A stretch of DNA of 28,049 nt, from positions 1-28,049 of the forward strand of contig JAYTHU010000161.1 in the NCBI GenBank assembly GCA_043732305.1, given 5' to 3'. A program made the translations under genes and the position numbers. The notes below the pieces were generated by a model, which was given only the letters and a program-made list of their open reading frames with translations, did not search any database and had not been told where the DNA came from. The DNA comes from Oligoflexia bacterium. Lineage in GTDB: Bacteria > Bdellovibrionota > Bdellovibrionia > JABDDW01. Within the stretch, counting starts at the first letter, position 1. Each line of letters opens with the position of its first letter. Shown one piece after another: positions 8,815-17,630 of this stretch.

Positions 8815-9768
8815 TTACTGAACTACGAAGCTATTGAAAAGTGCAGCTTTCAGTTGCAAGTTGATAGCGGCGTGAATGTCGATACTCGTTCCATCCGCGA
8901 ATGAAAGCGGAGAGGCGGATAGATCCCCGACTTTTACTAATCGTTTGAGCATGCGATTGTTTCCAGGTAGATTCAGAGGATGAAGTTCTGATCCCACTTG
9001 AATGCCCGTGAATCCCGACAATTTAATCGTGGCAATGCTGTAACTTGAAGCCACTTGACTGATTGTGAGTGTTGCTACTGCGGTAGAAGGAGAATTCGCC
9101 ACAACGTCATCCGCTTTGCAAGGATCAGTGTGAACTACGTTCATTGCACTGAATTGATCGCCAACTAAAATTCCAGAATTAGATCCCGCGTTCACAACAA
9201 CCTGCCCGGTAGGAAGAAATGATTGTACACGCGCAAGCCAATTCAATCCTGCATTTGCATTAGCGTAGGCAAGGATTTGTGCGACCGCAGAATTCAGTGC
9301 GGACATTGAAACAGCCGCAAGAGGTGTCGAGGAATAATTTGTGATGCCAGCAGCGATTTGCTGAAAGTTAATCGTGGCGTTGACAGTGTTATTGGTTTGA
9401 TCGCTTCCTGCTTCTGCGGGAGCGAGTACTTGCCCACTAAACGGATCTGTTCCGATCAGAGATAAATCTAATGACATTTTACCGACTGAAAATCTCACGC
9501 TTCCACCAACGCCATTGGAAGTTCCGCTGGGATTATAACCGAGGCTGATTCCATTTGTACTTGTGAGAAGAAAACTATTCACCGCTCCGTTTATCGCAAG
9601 TTGGGGAGCGTTGACTGCGCAGGCTGGAAGCACGCTCGACCCACTATTGACGCTTGTTGAAGCAGCATTATTATTTAACGTTCCAAAACCCATGGGTCCG
9701 CTGCAGCCTGCTAAAAAGCTGACTGAAAGGGAGAGGGTAGCGAGAGAAAGAATTTTACTGGGACGCAT
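8815..9768 (-). CDS. Lipoprotein with CsgG/FlgT-like features
   Basis: Lipobox FLAG-C. SLDLSLIGTDPFSGQVLA resembles the CsgG-family 'vdlrlvD..tGeil' strand. WLARV...GQVVVNAGSNSGILVGDQF resembles the FlgT C-terminal domain. Confidence 0.6.
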   Translation of the reverse strand: MRPSKILSLATLSLSVSFLAGCSGPMGFGTLNNNAASTSVNSGSSVLPACAVNAPQLAINGAVNSFLLTSTNGISLGYNPSGTSNGVGGSVRFSVGKMSLDLSLIGTDPFSGQVLAPAEAGSDQTNNTVNATINFQQIAAGITNYSSTPLAAVSMSALNSAVAQILAYANANAGLNWLARVQSFLPTGQVVVNAGSNSGILVGDQFSAMNVVHTDPCKADDVVANSPSTAVATLTISQVASSYSIATIKLSGFTGIQVGSELHPLNLPGNNRMLKRLVKVGDLSASPLSFADGTSIDIHAAINLQLKAALFNSFVVQ

Positions 9769-11560
9769 GTGAACCTCCTGCGTTCATCCACGCAGCTAAT
9801 TGCTGAATGGTGGCCACTCCGGCGCTGTCTAATTTGACAGTCGTATTTCCGATGGCTTTGGTTTGAAAATCAGAACTTGAATTTAATTTTGGAGAATAAA
9901 TAGTCGCGTACTTGTTCAGAATCGCTGAATCAATGGCGTTCATTTCAACAAAAACGGGAATTCCATTTTGCGCAAGGAGGACGGCACCTTCTTCAATGGC
10001 TTTTAAAGTGCTGGCTGATGAAATCCAAGGAACCACGACGGCATCTAACTTATTTATGAGAGCGTAATTAAAAGAATCGTAGATGGCGCCACTCTGAGTT
10101 TGCGCAAAAGGACCGATCACTTTAATTGGAATAATTGCGAAAGGAACATGCGCTGTTTGCACTAAAAGTTTGGCCGCGGCACTGCCATGACCGTTGTCAT
10201 CGCTTGGACGATTGTCCCAAGAAATAAAATCGAAGCCCAAAACTTGCTGAGAGTTTGTTGCATCTGGAATCACATAGTTTTGCAAAGTTGAATCGTTATA
10301 GTCGATTCCAGAATCAATCATTCCAATTTTCAAAACAGAACTGTTTACAGTGAGATTTGAATGACCTTTGAAAGGTTGATCAAGAACATGATTGTAGCGC
10401 CACATTCCGTAGAATTCAAAAAGTGAAGCGAGCCAGCTTGTGAAGATGTTGGATTTTTGATCGTAACAAGCGGTGAGCTGTTGTTGCGCAACGGGTGTCG
10501 ACGACGGTGTGGTATTGGGGAGTGTTATTGCACTTTCTGTTATTTTTTCTGTTAAAGATAAAGCCGCAATAGAGTTTGCACCCGACCCCAATCCTAAGGC
10601 TGAAATTGAAGGAGAGGGCAGAGCTTGCATGAATGATTCTGCCACCAGTTGATTCACAATTTGTGGGAGCATCGCTTTCAATGCGTTCGAAAGTGTTTGT
10701 GCTCTTTGAATTTCGAGACTCAGAGAAACTCCATGAAGTCCAAAGACAACGATCTTGTCAGTTCCATTCGCGGTAATCTTATAAACGAATTCCTTGTGGT
10801 TCCCTGATCTCAGGTCATCGATTAAAAATCTCACTTGGCTACCAACAGTGTATTTTTTATTTTTGTAACCGATCTCATAACCAAATAGGCTGAAGATAAA
10901 GCCTTCGTCCATGTCAGCTCCATAATTGCTTTGCGAAGGGGCAAAGCTACTTGCGGGATTGAATGTGCCATTGAAGAAATCGGGTTTGGCGCATTGATTG
11001 AGTTGATCTCTTGAGGCCACGTAGCCATTGTCCAAATAACCCGCTTCACCCACATTGAAAGCGTTCACATGATTAGGTGAAAATCCGTAGGTCACGCGAT
11101 TGCTTCTCGCACCACTGGCATACACAAGCGCTTCTACTTGAGGGGTGATCAGCACATCCACTTGACCAACAACGGGTGGATACGTTTGAACCTGCGCAAG
11201 GGCATTAGAGTTCCTAGCAATCCAAGTGATCCAGTCACCGGGAATTTGTGCCAGTCGCTCTGCGCTTGTCGCAGCATTTATCGTCACCGCGTTTGTGACT
11301 GGAGCACTAACCATGAATGGTGCAAATGAAGACGAATTAAAAAGAGTTTGGCCCAGGAGAAAGCTAATATCTGCGCCGGTGTAGATTTTTTGTCCGCTAG
11401 TCAAAGTCACAAACCGATCAACGCTTTCAACTATGCCTACTTTAACTTTTGTTGTACTGGACGTTTGCACGGTCACTTGTGCGATCGCGTTATTTGAAAC
11501 GATCAACAGGAGAATCAACCCTGTGGCTATTTTTAAGATGTGCTGGTACTTCGTCTTCAT
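9755..11560 (-). CDS. Secreted protein with an N-terminal CsgG-like region and a degenerate C-terminal subtilase (S8) domain
   Basis: Signal peptide ending AIA-Q. IGMIDSGID (catalytic Asp motif) and GFDFISWDNRPSDDNGHGS (catalytic His motif) are present; no GTSMA Ser motif before the stop. Confidence 0.65.
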   Translation of the reverse strand: MKTKYQHILKIATGLILLLIVSNNAIAQVTVQTSSTTKVKVGIVESVDRFVTLTSGQKIYTGADISFLLGQTLFNSSSFAPFMVSAPVTNAVTINAATSAERLAQIPGDWITWIARNSNALAQVQTYPPVVGQVDVLITPQVEALVYASGARSNRVTYGFSPNHVNAFNVGEAGYLDNGYVASRDQLNQCAKPDFFNGTFNPASSFAPSQSNYGADMDEGFIFSLFGYEIGYKNKKYTVGSQVRFLIDDLRSGNHKEFVYKITANGTDKIVVFGLHGVSLSLEIQRAQTLSNALKAMLPQIVNQLVAESFMQALPSPSISALGLGSGANSIAALSLTEKITESAITLPNTTPSSTPVAQQQLTACYDQKSNIFTSWLASLFEFYGMWRYNHVLDQPFKGHSNLTVNSSVLKIGMIDSGIDYNDSTLQNYVIPDATNSQQVLGFDFISWDNRPSDDNGHGSAAAKLLVQTAHVPFAIIPIKVIGPFAQTQSGAIYDSFNYALINKLDAVVVPWISSASTLKAIEEGAVLLAQNGIPVFVEMNAIDSAILNKYATIYSPKLNSSSDFQTKAIGNTTVKLDSAGVATIQQLAAWMNAGGSHASQ

Positions 11561-11660
11561 AGACTATAGTTCGGCTGGCCGTGGATAAAAGTAGAGGCGA
11601 CTTATGTCTAGAATTTTAGGTGACCGAAATGTGAAGAATCAATAGACGATATTTTAAAAT

Positions 11661-12152
11661 TTAGGAGATGGCTGCGAGAAATTTGAAGTACTTGGCTTCG
11701 ATGACGTCAATCTCCATAGGCTTGCCACATTTTGGGCATGCCATGGTTGCGGGAGCTTGAGCGGTCTTTCCAGTAAATTCTTTTCCTTCAGTGAACAAGA
11801 CATTGTGTGAAAGTTTGTCACTTTCGCAGAAATAGGGAACGAAAAATGATTTTACTGATGACCCCTTGGGAAGAAGCCCGCCAATCATATTCATTTGATC
11901 GACGATGATCTTGGGAGAATTCACATAAACAAGTTTAAGTGTGGGGGGCATGGCCTTCACCCATTTGATCCATTCACGAACACCGCACGAATTGATGGCC
12001 TGAATGCCTGCGGTATCAATGATCACTTCAGAAAGTGCAGAAAGGGTTCCAGGATCAGGAAGCTTTGCATCCTCATCCATCGCTCCAGACATCATGAGAG
12101 AGCCTTTTTCGCCTTGATTTTGTGCCTTGACGTCCAATTTTCCCATGCTCAT
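11661..12152 (-). CDS. STAS-like anti-anti-sigma factor with a C-terminal Cys-rich (putative Zn) extension
   Basis: MSGAMDED...IDTAGIQAINSCGVREWI fits a STAS fold with the phospho-acceptor Ser position. YFCESD...CPKC at the C-terminus. CAGGAG RBS. Confidence 0.75.
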   Translation of the reverse strand: MSMGKLDVKAQNQGEKGSLMMSGAMDEDAKLPDPGTLSALSEVIIDTAGIQAINSCGVREWIKWVKAMPPTLKLVYVNSPKIIVDQMNMIGGLLPKGSSVKSFFVPYFCESDKLSHNVLFTEGKEFTGKTAQAPATMACPKCGKPMEIDVIEAKYFKFLAAIS

Positions 12153-12191
12153 CTCCTGTGTGAAGTTCTTTACGTTTAAATTTTAGACAAC

Positions 12192-13055
12192 TCAATAACT
12201 TGAAAAGTGCAAATTCTTAGCATAACTAGAAGTCTTTTTCAGACCCTCTCCTAGTAGAAGAGTAAAGCAAACCATTGTCGATCGGTTATTTTCTACCGCG
12301 ATATAAAGTCCGCTACTATTTTCCAGCATCATACGGTAAGCGACGCCGGCTCCGCCAGGGCCCAAGTTCACCTGACTGAGTTCGGTTGAACAAAGATTTG
12401 CCAATCGCCCCAAAAGTTTTTCAAGATCAAATGACCCATAAGGGTCGGAGCAACCTATTGCGGCTTGCTTTTCATCATGGCGAAAAAAAAGTTGCGGGGG
12501 CTGGACATTTCTCAAACTGACTTTATCAGTGCGCTCTATTTTTTGAAAAATATGTTTTCCAGTTTTATCTGTTGGAGCATTGTAGAGAGCGTTAGTAAAA
12601 AGCTCATCTGCTATATTTAGAATGGCGTCTTTTGCAATGTCCGCGTTGGGGACTTGACTGAGGTATTTTGTGAACTTGCCTAAAACTTCTGCTTTCTCAC
12701 TCATGGAGGTGAAATCATATTTAAGCTGTGGCACAGCGGTTTTTAGGCCGCTGATTTTCGAAAGACTCTCACTCATAAAATTTTGAGGCTCGAGAATCAT
12801 TTGCACTGCGAGAGCAATTTCTTTTACAAAATCACACCGGCTGCTTTGCACCAGGTGTTTTATTTTATTTTCAAAAATAAATGGAATCACTTTGCAAAAG
12901 TCTTGATTTTTAGAAACAACAATAACTTTATCCGGCAGGCATGTTGAAGGTAATTCTTTGCCAAACTCTAATAAAGTTATGGAGTCGGGCAGAGATTTCA
13001 GAAAGATGTCTGAAATTTTGTCTCCAAAATGTTTAAGTTCTCCAATGAATTTCAT
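12192..13055 (-). CDS. GHKL/HATPase_c-type anti-sigma-factor-like Ser kinase
   Basis: N-box IADELFTNALYNA, G1-like DPYGS and G2-like GPGGAGVA; directly upstream of the STAS gene. Confidence 0.65.
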   Translation of the reverse strand: MKFIGELKHFGDKISDIFLKSLPDSITLLEFGKELPSTCLPDKVIVVSKNQDFCKVIPFIFENKIKHLVQSSRCDFVKEIALAVQMILEPQNFMSESLSKISGLKTAVPQLKYDFTSMSEKAEVLGKFTKYLSQVPNADIAKDAILNIADELFTNALYNAPTDKTGKHIFQKIERTDKVSLRNVQPPQLFFRHDEKQAAIGCSDPYGSFDLEKLLGRLANLCSTELSQVNLGPGGAGVAYRMMLENSSGLYIAVENNRSTMVCFTLLLGEGLKKTSSYAKNLHFSSY

Positions 13056-13063
13056 TACTTTCC

Positions 13064-13090
13064 TTGTCGTCCTATTTTAATTTTTCTTGA
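13064..13090 (-). promoter_or_regulatory. Candidate FliA (sigma28)-type promoter for the kinase/STAS operon
   Basis: Minus strand TCAA-N15-GACGACAA versus consensus TAAA-N15-GCCGATAA. Confidence 0.45.
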
Positions 13091-13115
13091 GGCTCAGGAC
13101 GATGGTCTGGGCTAG

Positions 13116-13142
13116 TCAAATCTTCTGAGATTAATCCGATAG
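13116..13142 (+). promoter_or_regulatory. Candidate FliA (sigma28)-type promoter for the diguanylate cyclase
   Basis: TCAA-N15-TCCGATAG, followed by an AGAGG RBS and ATG 13172. Confidence 0.6.
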
Positions 13143-13171
13143 ATAATTATAACTTTTAAAGAGGCGCCATA

Positions 13172-14629
13172 ATGTCTGGAACAAAATTCAATTTTACCAT
13201 CTTTGACAATGTCTTGGACTCCGTCATTGTCATCAAACAAGACGGCGCATTGGTTTATTGCAATGAAGCTTTGACCACATTGACAGATATTTCTTACCGC
13301 CAACTTCGCAAAGGTGGATTTATCAAAGATTTCATGCGCTTTGATCCGCCGGATGTTTTTAAATCAGAAAATCTTTTAGACTTATCTAGTGCGACTCCCT
13401 ACGCAGAAGTAAGTTTCAAATCAAGCGTCGGCAAAGAAGGCGTAGTTCAGGTTTCTGTGCAACCTCTAGATGATGGAGCGGATAAATTTCTATTAGTTTA
13501 CATGCATGACGTTTCTTTAGAGCAACGCTTGCAAATGAAATATCGTGCCGAGCTTGAACAAAAAGAAGGCGTAATCGAACATCTTGAAATCAAACTTTTA
13601 GAAAGCTCAGTGCTTTTGGAAGTTTCCAAAGTTTTTGGATCTGTCAATTCTTCAGAAGGTATTTTGACCGGAGTGGTGGAAAAGTTAATTTCTCTGAACA
13701 TCTGCTCAGGAGCCACGGTAATCCATTCTAATCCGGGGCAATTTTCCATTAAATTTTTGACCACTGAAATTAAATCACCTGAACTCAGGGTCCGAGGCAC
13801 CACTCAAGCTGTCCCGGCCGAACTTCATGATGTATTGGTTAATGAAATTAAGAACTATCATTTGTTTCATTTAGAAGTCGGCAGCTTAAAAACTTTTTAC
13901 GAAAAATACCTGCAATCGGAAAATTTAATATCGATATTCTGTTTCCCGCTTAAGACAAAAAACTTCGATGCTGGAGTGATACATTTCGTGAAAGGCGAAG
14001 GTAATAATAAAAATGTTGGCGAAAAAAGTGTCTCTATGTTTCAAGCTGTTGCCCATCAACTTACTTTGGCAATGGAAAGCGCACAGTTCTTCGAAAAATC
14101 AATCACCGATGAGATGACTCAGCTTTACAATCGTCGCTATTTCATGTCTCGCTTGGATGTGGAAATTAAAAAAACCAATCGGAGTACAGACGTTGTTGGA
14201 TTGGTCATGTTTGACGTCGATCATTTTAAAAAGTTTAACGACACTTACGGGCATCAAACTGGAGACCTTGTCTTAAAATCTCTAGCCGAAGTGATTAAAA
14301 AAACTTGCCGCATCTACGATATTCCCGCGCGCTACGGTGGTGAAGAATTTATTATCGTGATTCCCAACATTAAAGCCCAAGATCAAGACACCGGCCCTTT
14401 GATTTTTGCTGAGCGATTGCGAAAAGCCGTGGAAGCAATGGAATTGAAAGCTGGCGATCAAACTCTCAAGGTAACGATTAGCCTGGGGGTTGCGCTCGCG
14501 CCGGTGCACGCCAAGGATCCTGATGGATTAATCGCTGCTGCAGACAAAGCGCTTTATCAAGCGAAGCGCTCCGGTAGAAATAAATCTATCGTTTACACCA
14601 CTGACATGGTCGAAATTAAACCAGATTAA
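13172..14629 (+). CDS. Diguanylate cyclase (PAS - coiled coil - GAF - GGDEF)
   Basis: N-terminal PAS (IFDNVLDSVIVI...YCNEA), GAF-like middle region, then TDEMTQLYNRR, DVDHFKKFNDTYGHQTGD, RIYD I-site, RYGGEEF and ADKALYQAKRSGRN. Confidence 0.93.
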   Translation: MSGTKFNFTIFDNVLDSVIVIKQDGALVYCNEALTTLTDISYRQLRKGGFIKDFMRFDPPDVFKSENLLDLSSATPYAEVSFKSSVGKEGVVQVSVQPLDDGADKFLLVYMHDVSLEQRLQMKYRAELEQKEGVIEHLEIKLLESSVLLEVSKVFGSVNSSEGILTGVVEKLISLNICSGATVIHSNPGQFSIKFLTTEIKSPELRVRGTTQAVPAELHDVLVNEIKNYHLFHLEVGSLKTFYEKYLQSENLISIFCFPLKTKNFDAGVIHFVKGEGNNKNVGEKSVSMFQAVAHQLTLAMESAQFFEKSITDEMTQLYNRRYFMSRLDVEIKKTNRSTDVVGLVMFDVDHFKKFNDTYGHQTGDLVLKSLAEVIKKTCRIYDIPARYGGEEFIIVIPNIKAQDQDTGPLIFAERLRKAVEAMELKAGDQTLKVTISLGVALAPVHAKDPDGLIAAADKALYQAKRSGRNKSIVYTTDMVEIKPD

Positions 14630-15486
14630 TTTCTGTTTTGCCCTGCAGATTTCGAAAACACTTCCGCTAGTGCCTGAGCAACTTGTGTATAGTTGAAAGT
14701 GAACCCGTCTTCTAAAGTTTTCTCGGGCAATGCTTTCTGGCTTTGTAAAACAATGTCAGACATTTCACCCAGCGCCAACTTCATCGCAAAAGCAGGTGCT
14801 TTGATCACAATCGGAAAGTGTTTGATTTTCGCCAATTCCCGAGTGAGTTCTTCGTTTCGAACCGGATGAGAAGACGAAAGATTATGTGCTCCCTCAACGG
14901 CATTTTTAAGAGAATATTCAATGAATCTTATAACATCAGTTTTATGTATCCAGCTGACCCATTGTTTGCCATTCCCAGCAATGACAGGTGGCATTTTTTT
15001 AAGCGCGCCACCATTTTTTCCTAACACCACACCAAGCCTCATCAAAACCACTCGCAATCCCAATGGTTTTGCGGCAAGCGCTGCTTCTTCCCAATCTATG
15101 CAGACCTTGGGCAAAAATCCCTGACCTGGCGAGCTTTTTTCAATGAGAGTTTCTTCGGCTCGCTCGCCATAATAACCAACTGCTGAGGTAGAAATTAAAA
15201 TCTTAGGTCTTTTTTCAGCCGGAAGCCTAGCCATGGCGGCGACCAAACTATTCGTTCCATTGATGCGTGAGGAATAAATTTTATCTTTTTTTGTTTGCGT
15301 CCATCGGCCATCGCTCAATGGTTCTCCAGCCAAATTGATGACTGCTTCTGTAGACGAGAGAGTTTCCGTCAGAAGTTCAATCGTAGGATCTCTTCCGATG
15401 GGAATAATTTGATGTCCTTGTTTACTCAGAAAACTAACTAGGTCTTTTCCGATGAATCCTGTAGCTCCAGTGACTGCTATCTTCAT
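14626..15486 (-). CDS. TIGR01777/YfcH-family NAD-dependent epimerase-like oxidoreductase
   Basis: Start reassigned to MKIAVTGATGFIG at 15486, with a GGAGGT RBS. AVINLAGEP...RWT...IYSSRINGT, SAVGYYG, WEEAA and SWIH motifs. Confidence 0.9.
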   Translation of the reverse strand: MKIAVTGATGFIGKDLVSFLSKQGHQIIPIGRDPTIELLTETLSSTEAVINLAGEPLSDGRWTQTKKDKIYSSRINGTNSLVAAMARLPAEKRPKILISTSAVGYYGERAEETLIEKSSPGQGFLPKVCIDWEEAALAAKPLGLRVVLMRLGVVLGKNGGALKKMPPVIAGNGKQWVSWIHKTDVIRFIEYSLKNAVEGAHNLSSSHPVRNEELTRELAKIKHFPIVIKAPAFAMKLALGEMSDIVLQSQKALPEKTLEDGFTFNYTQVAQALAEVFSKSAGQNRN

Positions 15487-15583
15487 TTCATACCTCCGCG
15501 ATAAGAGAGAAAAAGTTACAAACCAGAACTGATAATAATAACGTTTGTTGACGGACACAAGAGCTTCGTTTAGTTTTGTTTCA

Positions 15584-16909
15584 ATGTTCAGGGGGCTGGG
15601 TACAAATCTATTTTTAGTCATATTTATAGCATTCGTAGGAATGTCGTCAGTTTCGTTTGCCAAATACATCGATTGCAAGTCTCTGCTGAGTTCCACACTA
15701 AATACAAGCAAGTGGCAGCGTGAAATTGATCTAGGTGAACTTGCGCAAACTTTTGTTGGGCTCGATACATCTGGAAACAGTATTGTCGACTGGAACAAGT
15801 TTGAGAAATTTAAACTGCGCCAGCCGGGAACTTGGATTTCGATCACTGATGGCAATGGTGGCTTAAAAAATGTTCGCGTTCTACTTTTAAAGTCGGTTGT
15901 CGCAAATCCCAAAGGTCTTAAAGTTTTTCTTGGTGGCATTGGATATGACATTGAGCGATTTCTCGCACGAGACAAAGTTTTCATTGAAAATATTCTGAAA
16001 GAATCACATCTGGCTATGGTTGAAAAAGGTGGGCTGACCGATCTCGAAGCCTATTTAAAACTCGTTGAAAAAAATCACTCTATTCCAAATGACCTGCATC
16101 CTGGGGATGAATCTCGAGATTTAGCCTTGGCCATTCAGCAGGTGCAAATTCTCATGCGTGCTAAGGGCATAGAAACTGGTGATAAGGTTGACGTCGTCGC
16201 TCTTTCGGCCGGGGGCTGGATTGCACAATTCATGGCCGCAGAAAATCTCTACAATAAAGAGATGCGCTCGCTCATAATGATGGATCCTGGAGCACAAAGT
16301 TTGGATGAGCATTTTATTCCGATCATTGGGACTCAAAGAAATTTACTCGAATTATTTTCGTACTTTAAAAATCCTGTAGCTTCATCATTAAACCGTTGGA
16401 GCAAGGCTATGTATTTTAATAGCGCTGACAACTCGATGAAAAATATGTTCGAAGCTTTGAGAAAAGATTCCGTTCGACGGAAATTTGCCACGGCTCGGGT
16501 GACGGGGCTGAGTTCGGTCAACGGATTAGACATGATTAGAAAAATTTCGCCAACTATCGAAGTGAGCCTTTTCATTGGTGGGCGCGACGATATTGTTCCG
16601 CCATCTTTGTTTGTTGAGATTGTGAAAGCGTTGGAATCACGAAATTTCATCAATGGTGGCAGAGCGAAGTACCGCGTCGTTTATATGCCAGCGGTAGAAC
16701 ATGATAGTCCTGCCTCGACCGATCCTCAGGTGGCTGAGATGATCAGTAAGATTTCAGACGGAAATTTAGATCACGGAATTTGGATGGTTGACGGAAAAAC
16801 TGTCGTGCAAACTTCTCCAGATAAATTAATAGTGCTTTTGAAATCTCACGAAAAAGAGTGGATGGACACTCAAAAAGCTAGGTTTCGCGAGTTGATTTTT
16901 CAAAAGTAA
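15584..16909 (+). CDS. Secreted alpha/beta-hydrolase-fold protein
   Basis: Signal peptide ending SFA. Nucleophile elbow VVALSAGG, acid GGRDDIVP and His VEHD. ATG 15584 is preferred; TTGACG-N17-TAGTTT lies just upstream. Confidence 0.7.
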   Translation: MFRGLGTNLFLVIFIAFVGMSSVSFAKYIDCKSLLSSTLNTSKWQREIDLGELAQTFVGLDTSGNSIVDWNKFEKFKLRQPGTWISITDGNGGLKNVRVLLLKSVVANPKGLKVFLGGIGYDIERFLARDKVFIENILKESHLAMVEKGGLTDLEAYLKLVEKNHSIPNDLHPGDESRDLALAIQQVQILMRAKGIETGDKVDVVALSAGGWIAQFMAAENLYNKEMRSLIMMDPGAQSLDEHFIPIIGTQRNLLELFSYFKNPVASSLNRWSKAMYFNSADNSMKNMFEALRKDSVRRKFATARVTGLSSVNGLDMIRKISPTIEVSLFIGGRDDIVPPSLFVEIVKALESRNFINGGRAKYRVVYMPAVEHDSPASTDPQVAEMISKISDGNLDHGIWMVDGKTVVQTSPDKLIVLLKSHEKEWMDTQKARFRELIFQK

Positions 16910-17630
16910 AATCGTCTTTCAGATTAAATATCACTCCCTGATCTGTTTTTGTTCCATTCAAAAAGTGTGGCTTCTGGATCATGACCAACGCTTCTTTCTC
17001 GCCCAGCGAAGTCACAGAGCCGATTTTTTTTCTATCCAGCGTGATATCCCCAGCTGTTGCCCAAAGTTTTTTCAGCAAATCAGGAACACTAAAATCCAAC
17101 TTTAGGCCAACCAGCTTTTTGCCAGGCGTTGAGTAGGTGAATATGCGCTCGACAACTTCTTGTCCGGGATAACAGCCCTTATCGCGATGAATGAAGGAAT
17201 TGGTAGGGGCTTCTAGGATGAGATTCTTTTCTGTGATGTCCATGCCAAATTTGAAAAGGCCTTTGGAAACCCGCTCTTGAATAGTTAAGGCTGGAAAGCG
17301 ATGCTCGTCTTTTTCAATTTTTATTTCTAAGTCTTCCGCAAAATGCATTTTCTCAAGGTTGTCGTTTAAAAGTTGCAGATTAGCTATTTCAGTCCAAAGC
17401 CAGATGTCACCGGATTGATTTTGCGCCAAAAATAGGTTCTGGATCTTAGCCATTGAACCAACGATAGCTCCAAAACGCATTTCTCCGTCATTCATATTTT
17501 TAAAATCTTGAGTCGTGAGACGATTAAGAAAGTCTACAACCACGTTTGAGTCTGAGCCCTTAACGGAGATCGCTCCAAGAGTTTCCACATACCAAGCCGA
17601 GGCTAGCCAAAGTTTTTCACTTGAATTCAT
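16878..17630 (-). CDS. ygfZ: YgfZ/GcvT-like folate-binding Fe-S maturation protein (compact)
   Basis: Signature KGCYPGQEV; N-terminal ISVKG...FLNRLTTQD. Confidence 0.85.
   Translation of the reverse strand: MNSSEKLWLASAWYVETLGAISVKGSDSNVVVDFLNRLTTQDFKNMNDGEMRFGAIVGSMAKIQNLFLAQNQSGDIWLWTEIANLQLLNDNLEKMHFAEDLEIKIEKDEHRFPALTIQERVSKGLFKFGMDITEKNLILEAPTNSFIHRDKGCYPGQEVVERIFTYSTPGKKLVGLKLDFSVPDLLKKLWATAGDITLDRKKIGSVTSLGEKEALVMIQKPHFLNGTKTDQGVIFNLKDDFTFEKSTRET

Noticed and set aside
15487..15984. 166-aa N-terminal extension of the listed 14626..15984 ORF
   Set aside because: It is antisense to the hydrolase gene. The family start MKIAVTGATG at 15486 has a GGAGGT RBS.
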